Assembly (NCBI GenBank): GCA_000002445.1
Contig: CP000068.1
Span: forward strand, 64,001-128,000
Length of the DNA: 64,000 bases
DNA from: Trypanosoma brucei
Taxonomy: Eukaryota
Reading direction: 5' to 3'
The notes under the pieces are model-generated. The model was not told the origin of the DNA. It saw nothing but the letters and a program-made list of their open reading frames with translations, and made no database searches. Every line of letters begins with the position of its first letter. Positions within the stretch are counted from its first letter, which is position 1. Shown piece by piece: positions 24,201 to 35,116 of this stretch. The position numbers and the translations under genes were made by a program.

Positions 24201-24888
24201 GTGGACGTGTCTCAACAAACTGGTTCCATTCAGCTGCCAGGGCATCTTCATCTGCTCCAACTCCACCAGCTGCAGCAAATGCACCACAGAGTTCATGGCC
24301 CATCATGGATGATATCTCCAGAGCGAATTCATACAATGCCTCACCGGATGGTGTTCCCTTCAAGTACGTTATTCCCACACGCGGGAGACCAAGGAAAACA
24401 ACGGCATAACGGAAAAGTGCAAGTAACTCAGCATTCGGCTCCACACTTATGAAGTAAAGATGGGGATCCCACTCACGCACTTCAGTGGAGAAAGCGAGTG
24501 GGCCGAAACTAACTGCACCGTGTTTACTCAGCTCACCCTTCACCCACATAGTATTGGGTCCGCCAAAGGGACCAAATACAATCATCAGCTTGCCTTCGCT
24601 TTCCTTAACCACGGACTCGAAGAACTCAGCGACGGGAGTATCGTATGATGGTGGTCGAATGAAAGAAACCCTTGCCTTGGAGTTTGTTTTCCAACCGCGA
24701 GCTGTCAGGGATGCGTCAAAACCAGCGTTAAGTGAATCCACCTCCACCTCCTGAACATCAGGGCTATACATCAGGGAGAGGACATTTATTGTTGTATTGT
24801 CTTCAGCCCTTCCTGTAGTTGAGAAGGAAAGCAATAGAAATAGTAGCTGCAGAAGCGGTAGCGACAGCTTCGACAGCAGTGAGGTCAT
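21265..24888 (-). CDS. GRESAG4: Receptor-type adenylate cyclase, ESAG4/GRESAG4 family, copy 2 (1207 aa). It is a direct-repeat paralogue of copy 1 with three diverged blocks and a shorter, different C-terminal tail.
   Basis: The first ~420 aa are nearly identical to copy 1, and it has the same catalytic motifs. The flanking 5' sequence (24889-25073) duplicates 19568-19752. Confidence 0.9.
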   Translation of the reverse strand: MTSLLSKLSLPLLQLLFLLLSFSTTGRAEDNTTINVLSLMYSPDVQEVEVDSLNAGFDASLTARGWKTNSKARVSFIRPPSYDTPVAEFFESVVKESEGKLMIVFGPFGGPNTMWVKGELSKHGAVSFGPLAFSTEVREWDPHLYFISVEPNAELLALFRYAVVFLGLPRVGITYLKGTPSGEALYEFALEISSMMGHELCGAFAAAGGVGADEDALAAEWNQFVETRPQAVLLFAPVRNPATEWFIGRIVKDERTRQMYVLAPSTSQGPLIRTWRDALYASNVSLNDGQLIITGTIPPSNLLTLASVRRFREEMDNHLKSNSEWGGFSKPPHFSTDEAISDLMMTGWLTGEILSQALHSTDVLTDRTAFMDSLYRQRRYVVDDLVVGDYGNECGEFASMQGAMCNCNQGGSAVYMKEVVDGFRIEPLQRGFLAWGASQCSSRDVKISIPLSGFVMHLSDYFFSYRSAKRWYEGVSSAPVIRDDFGEDILHFDVLPLSTQMGVIALEALLNMREIVIIYGAVDEDILELPGPVFVDPLLLYPRINRFNRNVLLLSPTVRQQLYVLAMHLSNASTGAVSAAIRSKRAEVIGDVLNKSLMTFDVALKSMLLLKESDTLVDHLPSSGDVVAIGLTPPDAHAIAQYLQSRNDRRVYVLFSEVAQLYDEFVEAFNATPAAVVSASRLVFATNLPHWADKNTESDTVAMFHAYNPRESTWTPLRLRGFATARLLRSIVPRMKRISPSLLVDFFYTESNIRVDDMHYGPYSDVECVKGRVTAANRCETNFGAGNISVWSMSRVLDPRVPVLSRGVTPSLEYAVMDESSLSPSQLAGIIVGSVFFVALAIALCVLLCLFVRVRGQRDTVPKSSSDLVTFINDSEVCVPMFEMLRGGECGVVTIVCTDIESSTAQWSTHPELMPDAVLAHHTMIRSLIMQYGCYEVKTVGDSFMIACRSTSTAVELASDIQRSFLQHCWGTTVFDDFYRNSEMQKAEDDDHYIPPSARLDPEVYRQLWNGLRVRIGIHTGLCDIRHDEVTKGYDYYGRTPNMAARTESVTNGGQVLLTYAAYMSLSTEERDQLDATSLGPVALRGVPEPIVMYQLNAVPGRAFTGLRLDRGFYFDEDVENFSFSSNSLSFDSLKLSGSAQTISDALHSLLSTFKPPQRERLLALYCERWNVPLPMGGSYAWDDAYCEEVIRRIAVKVGPFVGRYAS

Positions 24889-25073
24889 GCGTACTTTTAA
24901 CTTGTTCGTGTGATCTTAAATACTACGTGAGGAAATGAAGGAATGAAACGATACAGAGGCAACTGATAGGTTTTGCGAAAGGAACACCAGGGAATCACAT
25001 GCGCACAGAAACAAATCATCACAAAGGGTGATACAACTGCATGGAATAAATGTTGAAACGAGTCCGTATAAAC
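21293..25073. repeat. Direct repeat unit 2 of the GRESAG4 duplication
   Basis: See unit 1. Homology ends at about 21293 (3' side) and about 25073 (5' side). Confidence 0.8.
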
Positions 25074-28000
25074 TTATTCTGCGAATTTTTTTCAATCCAT
25101 GAGCGATGTGAGCCCTAATTTAAGAACACCGCAAATAATGAGGAAAAGAAAGCAAAAATTGAGCTATAGGCCCATTGATATCCAATGAGACCTGTTCCTG
25201 TTTGCAAAATCGTGATAAATTCTAAAGGGGGAGGCACTTTTGCTTGAGGCAGTTTATCCAAACATTACAGCGTGAGTTAGTCGTTGTCAGACGCTCAGTG
25301 GGTTAATATCCAATTAGGTAAACAATTGGGTTCACCCTATTTAAAGGTTCTCCAGTGGCAAGTATTGTATTGTACCTCGACCATATTTGTGGTTTTCTGA
25401 GTTTGCCATTTCGCATGGAAGGCACAGCGTAACCGCAAAGAATGATAGCGTCCCCCAGTTCCTTTTCTGCTGTTATTCCTGCCCAGCTGCTTCACCAGAC
25501 CATTCATGTTTCTACTCTCACATACATGCTTGTTTCTCTGTCTTGTGCTACAGCCTCAAACAGTGGATGGGGCCTTAGTGCGGTGAAACATTACGGCACA
25601 TATTCTCGTATTCACTCACACAAATACACAGATGCAAGCGCCGGTAACTGCGCTCCCCAATACGTAAACCTTCCAACCAACTGGAATGTGGGCCACTCGA
25701 AAGAACCACAATACATTCTTCTCAGAAAGTTCTTTATTAAATAATGTGACAAATCCCACTGGCGCAGTCACATCTCTCGTCCTCCACAAACTCAAGTACT
25801 GCCTGCATTCAGTTGAAGCGGTGTCCCTACTTTCAAAAAGTTATCGTGGAACTGCAAATTCCATGTGAGTTATTGCGCCGGCCGTAACCACTTTTGGTGA
25901 GTTTCATGATGTTTGGTACGTAAAGCCCCGATGTTTCCATGGTTTGAAAATCCATCAAGAAACAAACAAAAGAAACATTCCCCCCCCCCCCATCAGCACA
26001 TTCCATTAAATGAAAAACAAATACATATACAAGGTTTCAACACATATGCAAACACGTGCATACACCCAGCCAGACTGCTTCCTCTGTTGCACCCATGCCG
26101 TCTCGCAAACTCTCCGACAGGTCAACGGAGAAACACAAAACTTAGAGTCCTGCCGGTTTCACACACTTATGTGTGACAAAAAATATTTACAGTAAAAAAA
26201 CGTATTTTGAGGGGGAGAGTTTCAGAAAACAGTTCCACAAAAACATACATAACAAACAAGAAAATCCTCAGCACATCACAATCCAAATCAAACAAATGAG
26301 CGAACGTCTTTTTATTCTTTAGCATCGATAAAGGGGACAAACAAGGGAAACAGAATAATACCACCTATCCTTTGTCCCTCCCATCTACCGTTGTAACTAT
26401 GTAAGAGATAATAAACGCTTCAATGCAAGAAAAAAGGAATCCATTACACGGTACGTTACTCCGATGCACAATAACAAAGTATTTTATCCTTCTTAACCCC
26501 CTCTACATAGCACCGCTGCCTCTTATGTTTTTGAGCATCTGCTTTGCAAAATAAGTCCAACTGAACTCAGTAACTTGTACGTTCCGCTACAGCGCCTTCA
26601 AATAAGGACAGTGGAAACGTAGATGGAATCAAAAAATGGGTTTAAATTGTTTGTTTTTGCTCTCGCTTGATGGGATTGATCTATATTGTTTGCATATGCC
26701 GTCGTTTGACGACATGTTATGCAAATTTGGATGAATTTGTACAACCCCCTCCCACATGTTTCTCATATCTCCGTAAAAACCGTTCTATTGCGAATTCTAG
26801 TTAGTGAGTAGTAGACAAAAAAATCTGTACGTTTCTTTCTTACTTCTTTTATTGCACAGAGTGGACACTGTTTTGCTTAATGGCACCGAGTTGAAAGTGG
26901 AACAGTATCCAATACTGTACCAAATAAGATAGTTGTCGGACCGCTACAACAGCAACAACACGTGCCTTACCTATGCACCTTTTACGATCATTTTCTAATA
27001 TTGTGAGTGTGAACACGTCGTCGCTCGCTGGCGGTTAGAGGGTAATCCAGCAGAAAATGCAGAACGTTCTCCCCACAACAATTCCCTGCCGAACGAAACG
27101 GCCAAATGCATGAAGGCAAATGTTAGCGAAAGTCCATCGTAATTTCATTAAGCGACATTGTGGTAATCAAAGAACACGCAAGTGAAAAAATGGTTGCTCG
27201 TACAAGGTAGTGCGACGGCAAAGAAAAAAATGTCGTTTGATAGCGATAATGATAACCCCCTTTTGATAATTTCAAGGACGACTATGTGTCATAACACTCG
27301 ACGATGCACAAAACAGGAACGCAGCCGCAGAAAATTAAAATGAATATCACTCCACAAAACATACTGTGGGTATGAAGAGAGGAACGCAGACCGCCGTTGG
27401 CTCATATTTCGGCACCTTTGGACATAGATTTCCGAGTCATGATAACGCGTAGGATAACTGACAGCGGTCCCAACTCTACGAAGACGGCCTTTAACGACCG
27501 TGTGGCTCCTACGGAATTTGTCACAACGCGAGCGGTGCACACGGCACATAAAAAGGAAAGCGTGGTAAAGCCGTCCGGAGGAACATGAGAAAAAAAACTG
27601 CGGAATGAAAAGGATGTTGTTCCAACGAGGGGATCTACGGGCACACATTATGTGAAATGAAGCGGATATCTGGGACCGTTCAGCCTACAATCTCCTATCG
27701 CAGCAACATACGGTTATTAGGGCCCTGGTCCACGTGTGACTACAGCTTGACTTGCACATAAGAAATATAATTCTGAACTGCTGTTGTCACTACCTAAACC
27801 CCTTCTTTATTCTCACCAAAAATTTAAAAAAAGAGAGATGATAGGGGCTTAATTGCATACAGAGAGCGCACACATAGTCGAAGAACCTTATAACCACACC
27901 GCGATAAAGGAAGGTTAACTGGATTCTTCCCCTCCTCGGAGGAAGTCCCGATCCCGCAAATACAGCAACTGAACGCTCGGCTTTACGCGGGCTCGAAGCC

Positions 28001-31000
28001 TGATGCACCGTTACGGTAAGTCCACAACACAGCCACAAAAATATAAGAAACATGATGATCGCGCTCTGTGAAGTAAGATCTATTTAAATGCAATACGGGA
28101 TTGCGCAAACGCAAGCAAAGATTTGAAAGAAAGAAAGAAGTGGAAGGGTAGAGATGTCTAGCAGTTATAATCACTACACGTGTCTTATCCTCAGTATGTC
28201 CTCTTCTCCCCGCACTAACCGAAACAGAACGGACAAATAAATATCCAAATGTTTATGCTACTGCTTCAAATGGCAAAAGCACTTGGTTGTCAAAGTTAAA
28301 CACAAGCCTTCCTCACCTTACCTCTGCTCCTTACTCGTTATGTTACACACCGAGCCAAGCAGCAGCAGAAACTGCCACTGACGTTAGATCCAAACAAACG
28401 GCTCCCCCAACAACAAAAATATATACGTCACAACACTCCATGTTTAGTTCCCCCAAACCCCTACGTAACTAGAAAAAAACGCGAAGCAACAATAATGTGG
28501 ATACCTTCAGCCAATCATGTTGAATTTCCTTCAACGAATAAATTTGTCGACACCTCCTTTTTTTTTTTTCAAAGTGCCGCGCGCGAAAGGGCGGAGACAG
28601 CACACATAATGAGGAATGGGTCGCTAATACATTCACGCTAGTTTTCGCCGCTGCTGCTGCGTCCTAACGAGTGGAGATTGTTTGATTTCCCTTTCCTGTT
28701 CCTACCTTTCCATGGTAACCTACGCCGACGCATCCCCGACCTTGAAACAAGTGAACGTATACGAAACCAACAGATTGGCGAATAAACAAAAGCATTTGTT
28801 AGATTCTCCTCCCCCCCCCCCGCCCGCCGCCGCCGACGACGACTCAACAAGTCTGGTCACATTTATAATAGTGAACTACCCACATACACAAACGGACCAC
28901 CACCACATCCAACATGACATGACATGACCGTAAGTAGACAGAAATTTCACCAAACTTGCCATGAGTATTATCGTAAATATGTACAAGCAAGGGCAGTACT
29001 TTTGGTTTGTAGGTGAGCAAATGAGCTGAAGCATTCAACAAAGGGAGAAAAGAAAAAAGAAAAGGAACGACCCTAGTCGAGGGGTCAACATACCCGTCGA
29101 AAGGTCTCATGCAGCGAAGATCCCGAGTGAATAGAGAACATCCACCCCAGCGGGCAGCAGTAGGTGCAGCCATCACAGGGGGACGGCGATACTTTGCTGA
29201 TAACATTTATGCGCTCATGAACCACACAACGCGCATGTAGTCATTTCACTTCGACAAAGTTGTGCATTTATTCTTTCTGGTTGCCACTCTTTGGTTAACG
29301 GCACCTGAACCCAGTCCGTTCTAATGGCACAATCCAGGTACTCACGACCCACAATACCCCAGCTCCTCCACATGCTGATACCTAAAGACCGAAAAGAGAA
29401 AAAAGACCGCCAACCCCCCTGCGTTGGGACTCGACCCCGCAGTCCGACCATCTAGGGGGAAATTAGACGAAGAGGACCCGCCACCGCACCCCGAGCCCAG
29501 ATTCGAGGGTCAGCAGCTACAGGGGCTCCCTAAACCACAGCAAACCCCCAGAACACGGCACCCTCGAATGGGAAAAATACGTTTCTGTGACCTCGAGAGG
29601 ACGGAAAGCACCGGCAATGGGACTGGAGGGTGAAGCGAAGGAGCGGCCACAACCACCACCCACGGGGCCGGCAAGCGGACGGCGCCATGTGTGAGAAAAT
29701 TGGGCCCTACACCACGCATAAAGAATGCGCAAAAAATTAAGGCAACACTCAAAATCACAAGCCAATGCAATGACTTCGATGAAACGTTACCACACTTAAT
29801 GAGTTGCCAGTGGTTAAAATTTTTTCATGGACAGTGTGTTTCAAAAGGAGTGACCATACGGGCGTATAGAGTTTCGGAGACGATTTGCGTAGTTTCTCCC
29901 AGCAGTGTAATGGCACCGCCAAGTGCGCGTACTCTCGTGAGTGAGACAAGATATCTCATCCATCCTTCCCTCGTACCATCCCTTCCTAACCCCACCGAAT
30001 GACCCGACAACACACGCAGCACACGCAGCGATCACTAGCAGGGATCAACTGTCACACGCGGAAAAGGGAAGGAGAAAAAGAAAAAGAAGGTGGGGTCGAT
30101 ATCATCGAAAAGAGAATTTGTGGCAGAAAGGACGGTTGCCTGGTATCCCTAGAATGAGCGCAGTGCGGGGAAGTTCGTGGTTCCGTTTGCTGCGTACTGC
30201 AATGTTAAAGGGCTAAAAGAGTAAAAGAAAACATCGGAAACAGAGGGAGCCATGCGATGTATAAAGAAAAGGCGGCCCCTACAAATGTACTGAGGAATTT
30301 AAACAGAAAAGGCGGTAACGTCAATGCTACCCGGTTCATATGGACAACAAATCTTGAATTCCCGGAGGAATTGCTGCGGAGTGCGGGTTTTCTGGAATCC
30401 TGCGAAAGGGATGATCCAAGCTTACCTTGCATGGTCATGTGTGAAAGATGAGCCAACGTGTGCCCGTCTCGGTGTTCAGGCGATAAGTGCAATTATATTG
30501 GGCTATTTTAACTTTGCCCGGGAAAGGTCAGGGGCGAAGCATGGATTTGAGGACACTCACCCGGCCCAACCGTCCCCGGTTCAGCGCCCGGAAGAGGCTG
30601 AAAGCGCACTAACCTTTCCCCTTTGAGAGACCCGGTTAGTTGGAAAAGCGAATGCAAGCACACTCGAGACTCGCGTTAACAAGCGTACGGCATGTAGGAT
30701 ATAGTTGCGCTCTGGTGCGCCCATCTGGAACTTCTCTCCGTTTTGTTTGTTTTATTCAGAAAGGGAAAGACACGCGCCGCTCTGAGTTGACTTCTGCGTC
30801 CCTACTTTTTCACCCCGATGAAAACGCTGGACGTTGACGGCACTGGTGAGGCGGTGTGCAGCGAGTTCCACCGGCGCGCGGCTGAGTGCGCTGTGGTGTG
30901 CTTATGTGCCTTTAATGGCCGCTACCCCTCCCCCCGCCTTACCTGTGCACATTACGCTACGTCGACGTGCTTGGAGCGCCGGAGTGCCTTACAGAATTTT

Positions 31001-33652
31001 TTTTGGCACACAGTATAAGTTGGCCGCTCAGTATATTAAACCTCTAAATGAAGCGTGCCGTGTAGTAACTCAGTGGTACGCAGCATTTCTATTTATTACG
31101 CCTTAAATAATCAGGGTTTCTCGTGCGGATGCAACTATCCGATTCTACCGATGTATATCGTTTTCGTACTTCCCTAACGTCGAACGTACATTTACTGCGA
31201 ACGGAGGTGGGTGATGGTCAAGTTCCTTTGCGCTCAGCAGCGCGCATAATTTGCCTGACGTTGGGCGCAAAAAGTGAGGGAATATTCGCTTTCCCTCATA
31301 TTCTATCCTCTCTCGGATCGGAATGTCGACAATCAGCAGGACGGATAGCCGCAAACAGTAGTGCTAAACTCCTGCTAGTACCGTCGCATGGACAAGATAT
31401 AATAAGGGAGTGCAAGCTCTTATTTGAACGCGGATGCAATACAGCCTGTTACCAGTACATTTGGATCACTCAGCCGCCGTGCGCACGGCGTACAGGGAAT
31501 TTTTGTGACGTCCCCTTCATATTAGTTGGTCCATTTGGAAGCACCGCGATGTGTTGCGAATTATTGGCGGTGCAGTGGTGCTGATCGGTGTAAAATTAAT
31601 TTCCGTTCCTCGGCTACCTCCGTTTCCTCGTCCGGCAACTATCATGTCAATGCTTGCGGTCTAATTAGTAGCATGCTGGCCATACAAAAGCATAGTTGCC
31701 ATTTCCATGATGTCGGGGATAGTTTACTTTTGTTCGGTGAAGCCTTGTATTGCCATTTTGAAGTGGTTTACCGTGTACGACGGAGAGGCTCGTTTTTGTG
31801 TACGGTGTGTTTGTGGGTGGGTGCTCCCATTGCAAACAAACTTCAACGCAGCCTCAATTTGCAGAGAAAGCGTCCCAATTCTAACGAGAGTGAGAAGAAA
31901 AAGTATTCAGTTGTGCGTAATAATGAACGTGAATCATTGGTTACTAGTTAGCAAAAGACTTGGTTTGGAAAGTATGAATTAGGGAAAGTTCCAAAACAAT
32001 GAATGTATAATTCTCAGCTGCAGAGCAATGCCAACTCCGCGTAAATATTACCGTATTTTTTTTTCCACGCAATCGCGTGTCATGTTTTCAAATAACGACT
32101 CTGCTGATCGCCGTACACTGTCGTGAATCGTAAAGTGTGGTGGGCCTCTTACTGGCATAGAAGGAGGGGGCATCTACTGAATACAATGTATAGCTTTCTG
32201 TACTTCTACCCGTAAGGATTTTGCGGAATTTCGTCAGGTGGAAGGGCGCGCTCAGTTGGTGGGTTTGTGACTTCCAAGTGTTCTGTCGAGCAGCAAAGAA
32301 AAAATGAACGGGCCGTGATGAGGTTGTCGAAGTAAACGAAGTTCATACTATGAATTGTTTCCTTTCCAAAAAGATAGAAAAGGACGAAAACATAGAAGAT
32401 GAAGGAGGATGAGACCTCATTCATGATATGTGCAACCCTTCCGCTTCTTCAGTAATTGCATGCATAGTGTGGTTCGATTAATCAAGCCGATCTGACCGTA
32501 AGATTCCATACTTAACTTGGACCGTGTAGCACGGGAAAAACACAACTGACGGAGCATTTGCCATCTCTGCAGATAGGAATAAGGTGAGTGTTTGATTAAC
32601 CTTCATTTGTTGCAGGCATGAGGCACTTGAGTGTATGCACCGTCGTCAAATAATTGTTGTGTCGTATTTTTCGGAGCAGAGGCTGGTCTTTTTCTGGTGG
32701 AAAAAGTCACGTCCGTTAGGCATGTTGGATACGGGAAAAGACTGCTAGCACAAGATTGTTCACGGGCGTTAGACTTCACTGACCGGTTTGCTTGCAAGCT
32801 CCTGGAGTGGATCGAACCGAAGTGCGCAATAATAAAAGATACTGTTAAGATGCGTTTCACATATGAACTCATCGAGTCGGTACGTTATAATCATCTGACC
32901 ACATAGGTCCTCTTAAATGATGCATCGATGAGGGGTGGTCCACTTGAAAAATCGTGTTGAAGTGAAAGTTTGTTCATCCACTTCAGCTAACTGGTGTTAC
33001 TGTCAGACAAAGTCTTGCCAGTGCAAAACCTGGACAGAAAAGGAAAACTCGATGAGTATAAGCTGGTCGTGTATATCAAAGTGCATTTGCGTTGCTTGTG
33101 ACGTGGTGATTTCGATCATTGCAACAACCATCCTAGTGGCGCCACCGTTGGCGTTGCTCGTTTGTTGTGGGTCAATCGTCAGCTTCAGTTGTTGAGAACC
33201 CTCCGAAGTCGATCCTCGATCTTCTTCCTCAGACTGTCACTGCCAAGTCGCAACGGATTGGTTAATTGCTTTATTTGCAAGGAGAGGAATTTGGCAGGAC
33301 CCGGTTGGCACCGCCCACACCACTCTGGAGCATATGCTGTCTGAGTTTCGGGAGACTGAGGCAATGGGGAAGTTAAAAGTGGTTGGGATCCCACATATAT
33401 ACGTGTATGTATATCAAGCTATTAGTCCGCTTTCCTTGTTCAGTTAACCTCTCCAATGGACTCTTCCATTGAAACTCTTTTTATCGACGTTTGTCGTTCT
33501 CTTGCTGGCAGTTGTTTTTGTGGTAGCCGCTTGTTGTCATCCCAAGTTGTTTGTTTTTGTTTTGAACCAGCTCAAAGTGCCGCACATTTTTCTCTTTCGA
33601 TAGCATTAGTTTGAAAACAGTACAGAAACGAGCACGACATCCTTTCTAGCAA
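25074..33652. other. Region with no convincing coding sequence between the minus-strand GRESAG4 block and the lone plus-strand gene. I infer a second divergent strand switch here. It contains a poly-C run (25979-25991) and a C/CG-rich tract (28806-28843), which are G-tracts on the minus (leftward sense) strand.
   Basis: Orientation changes, and there is no ORF over 153 aa with coding-like composition. Confidence 0.3.
33440..33600 (+). promoter_or_regulatory. Polypyrimidine tract plus AG dinucleotides: a putative trans-splice acceptor region and 5'UTR for the 33653 gene
   Basis: The sequence is pyrimidine-rich (cttgttcagttaacctctcc...ctctttttatcgacgtttgtcgttctcttgctggcagttgtttttgtgg...ttgtttgtttttgttttgaaccag). 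In trypanosomes such tracts upstream of an AG direct SL trans-splicing. Confidence 0.5.
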
Positions 33653-35116
33653 ATGCCACGAAGATTTGCCTTTGCACGCTCAGCAACCCTGTGCGTTTTC
33701 ATACTGTTGTCTCTCCTCACGGAGGCATTCCCTGAGTATGTAGGTGGGAAGATTGGACAAACACCACCCAGTGATTTCCCTCCAGGAAACGTTAGGTTCG
33801 GCATAGACGATGCGGCAATCGCCCCGGTGGTGCCCCTAATCCTCAAAACACTGAAGAGCTTCATTGGAAGTGTCACAGTCCCTGAGCAAAGGTTACACGG
33901 AGTGAGTTTGGAAACGATGCAAGTGCAAGACATAAACATTGGAAATATGTCGCTACACATGAATAGTACGAACAGGGTTGATGTATCGGTATGGAACATG
34001 ACGGCTAATGTCCCAGAAACCAACTTCAGCTACAATCTGGTGTTTGTGTCGTGCAGTGGAACGGCGAAAACCGATGTTCGCAATGCCAACGTGTCGTTTG
34101 CAATGCGTTTGTCCATCGGAGTGGGTGGCATCCTCGATGTATCGGTGGAGGACATGGCAATCCAACTTTTAGACCTGGTCATTACACCTTCACTGAATGG
34201 TTGGTGCAAGTCTATGGATTTTGTTGTTGGGACCCTTATGAATATTTTTAAGCGAAGCATAGCGGATTATCTGCAGCAGTATGTGCCGGCTATGGTCCAG
34301 CCGATCGTAAGAGCAAAGACGGTGGACATACTTCAGAAACTTCCCATCTCATTTGTGAGCCCTCCAAACATCACGGACGGACGGATGGAACTTACGCTGG
34401 CCATTCACTCTGAAATACCAATAAACCGAACGACAAAGGCGGGGATGTTTACCGAAATTGGGGGCCCGCTCCCCGAGCGGGACATTTCCATGATCTGCTC
34501 CTTTGCAGCTGCAAATAATGTACTGCGCCTTCTTCATTTATTCGGTAACCAGAGTCTTCTGAATATGACAATTCCCATTCCAGGAATATACAATTCCTCT
34601 CTCGCGGAGTCGATATACCCCGATGTGGTCGAACTTTGTCCCAACTGTCCTTTAAAGTTTGTCACTGGATGGACAGCAGCGCCGTGGCTTGAGCCCGTAA
34701 GCGACAAAGCGTTTATCACAAATGCCCAAGGCCCTACCCTTTCCATGGATATGGTAATGGATGACAACACGTCGGTAACTGTGCTTGGTGCTCATCTAAA
34801 CGCGACCGCCAACGTGACTCATCTTTCCACCGACAACAGTGGCCGTATCACCATAAAGTTGGCCTCCGTGAATGCTGCGGTGGCACTATATGCTCCGTTG
34901 GGGCGAAAAATAAATTCAACATCACTCAATACAGATGTTCAGGTCTTATTGAATGAGATCGTGGTGCCGCTTGTTAATGCGCAAACGGGAGGATTCGCAC
35001 TTCCGTTCGATGTAACAGATCTTTTGCTGAAGGTGTCAAATGCCACCATCAGTGTGGGACTTAATGCGATGGAAGCATATCCGCTTATCGGCTCATGCAT
35101 TGATCGTATATGGTGA
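33653..35116 (+). CDS. Secreted N-glycosylated protein, 487 aa. It has a signal peptide (MPRRFAFARSATLCVFILLSLLTEAFP), at least 15 N-x-S/T sequons, and no transmembrane or obvious GPI signal. It may have a BPI/LBP/CETP-like (tubular lipid-binding) fold, but that is speculative.
   Basis: A long clean ORF preceded by a strong polypyrimidine tract and AG acceptors at 33440-33600. The alternating hydrophobic pattern (VSVWNMTANV...NLVFVSCSG...VSFAMRLSIGVGGILDVSVEDMAIQLLDLV) is reminiscent of BPI-fold beta strands. I made that fold assignment by eye only. Confidence 0.6.
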   Translation: MPRRFAFARSATLCVFILLSLLTEAFPEYVGGKIGQTPPSDFPPGNVRFGIDDAAIAPVVPLILKTLKSFIGSVTVPEQRLHGVSLETMQVQDINIGNMSLHMNSTNRVDVSVWNMTANVPETNFSYNLVFVSCSGTAKTDVRNANVSFAMRLSIGVGGILDVSVEDMAIQLLDLVITPSLNGWCKSMDFVVGTLMNIFKRSIADYLQQYVPAMVQPIVRAKTVDILQKLPISFVSPPNITDGRMELTLAIHSEIPINRTTKAGMFTEIGGPLPERDISMICSFAAANNVLRLLHLFGNQSLLNMTIPIPGIYNSSLAESIYPDVVELCPNCPLKFVTGWTAAPWLEPVSDKAFITNAQGPTLSMDMVMDDNTSVTVLGAHLNATANVTHLSTDNSGRITIKLASVNAAVALYAPLGRKINSTSLNTDVQVLLNEIVVPLVNAQTGGFALPFDVTDLLLKVSNATISVGLNAMEAYPLIGSCIDRIW

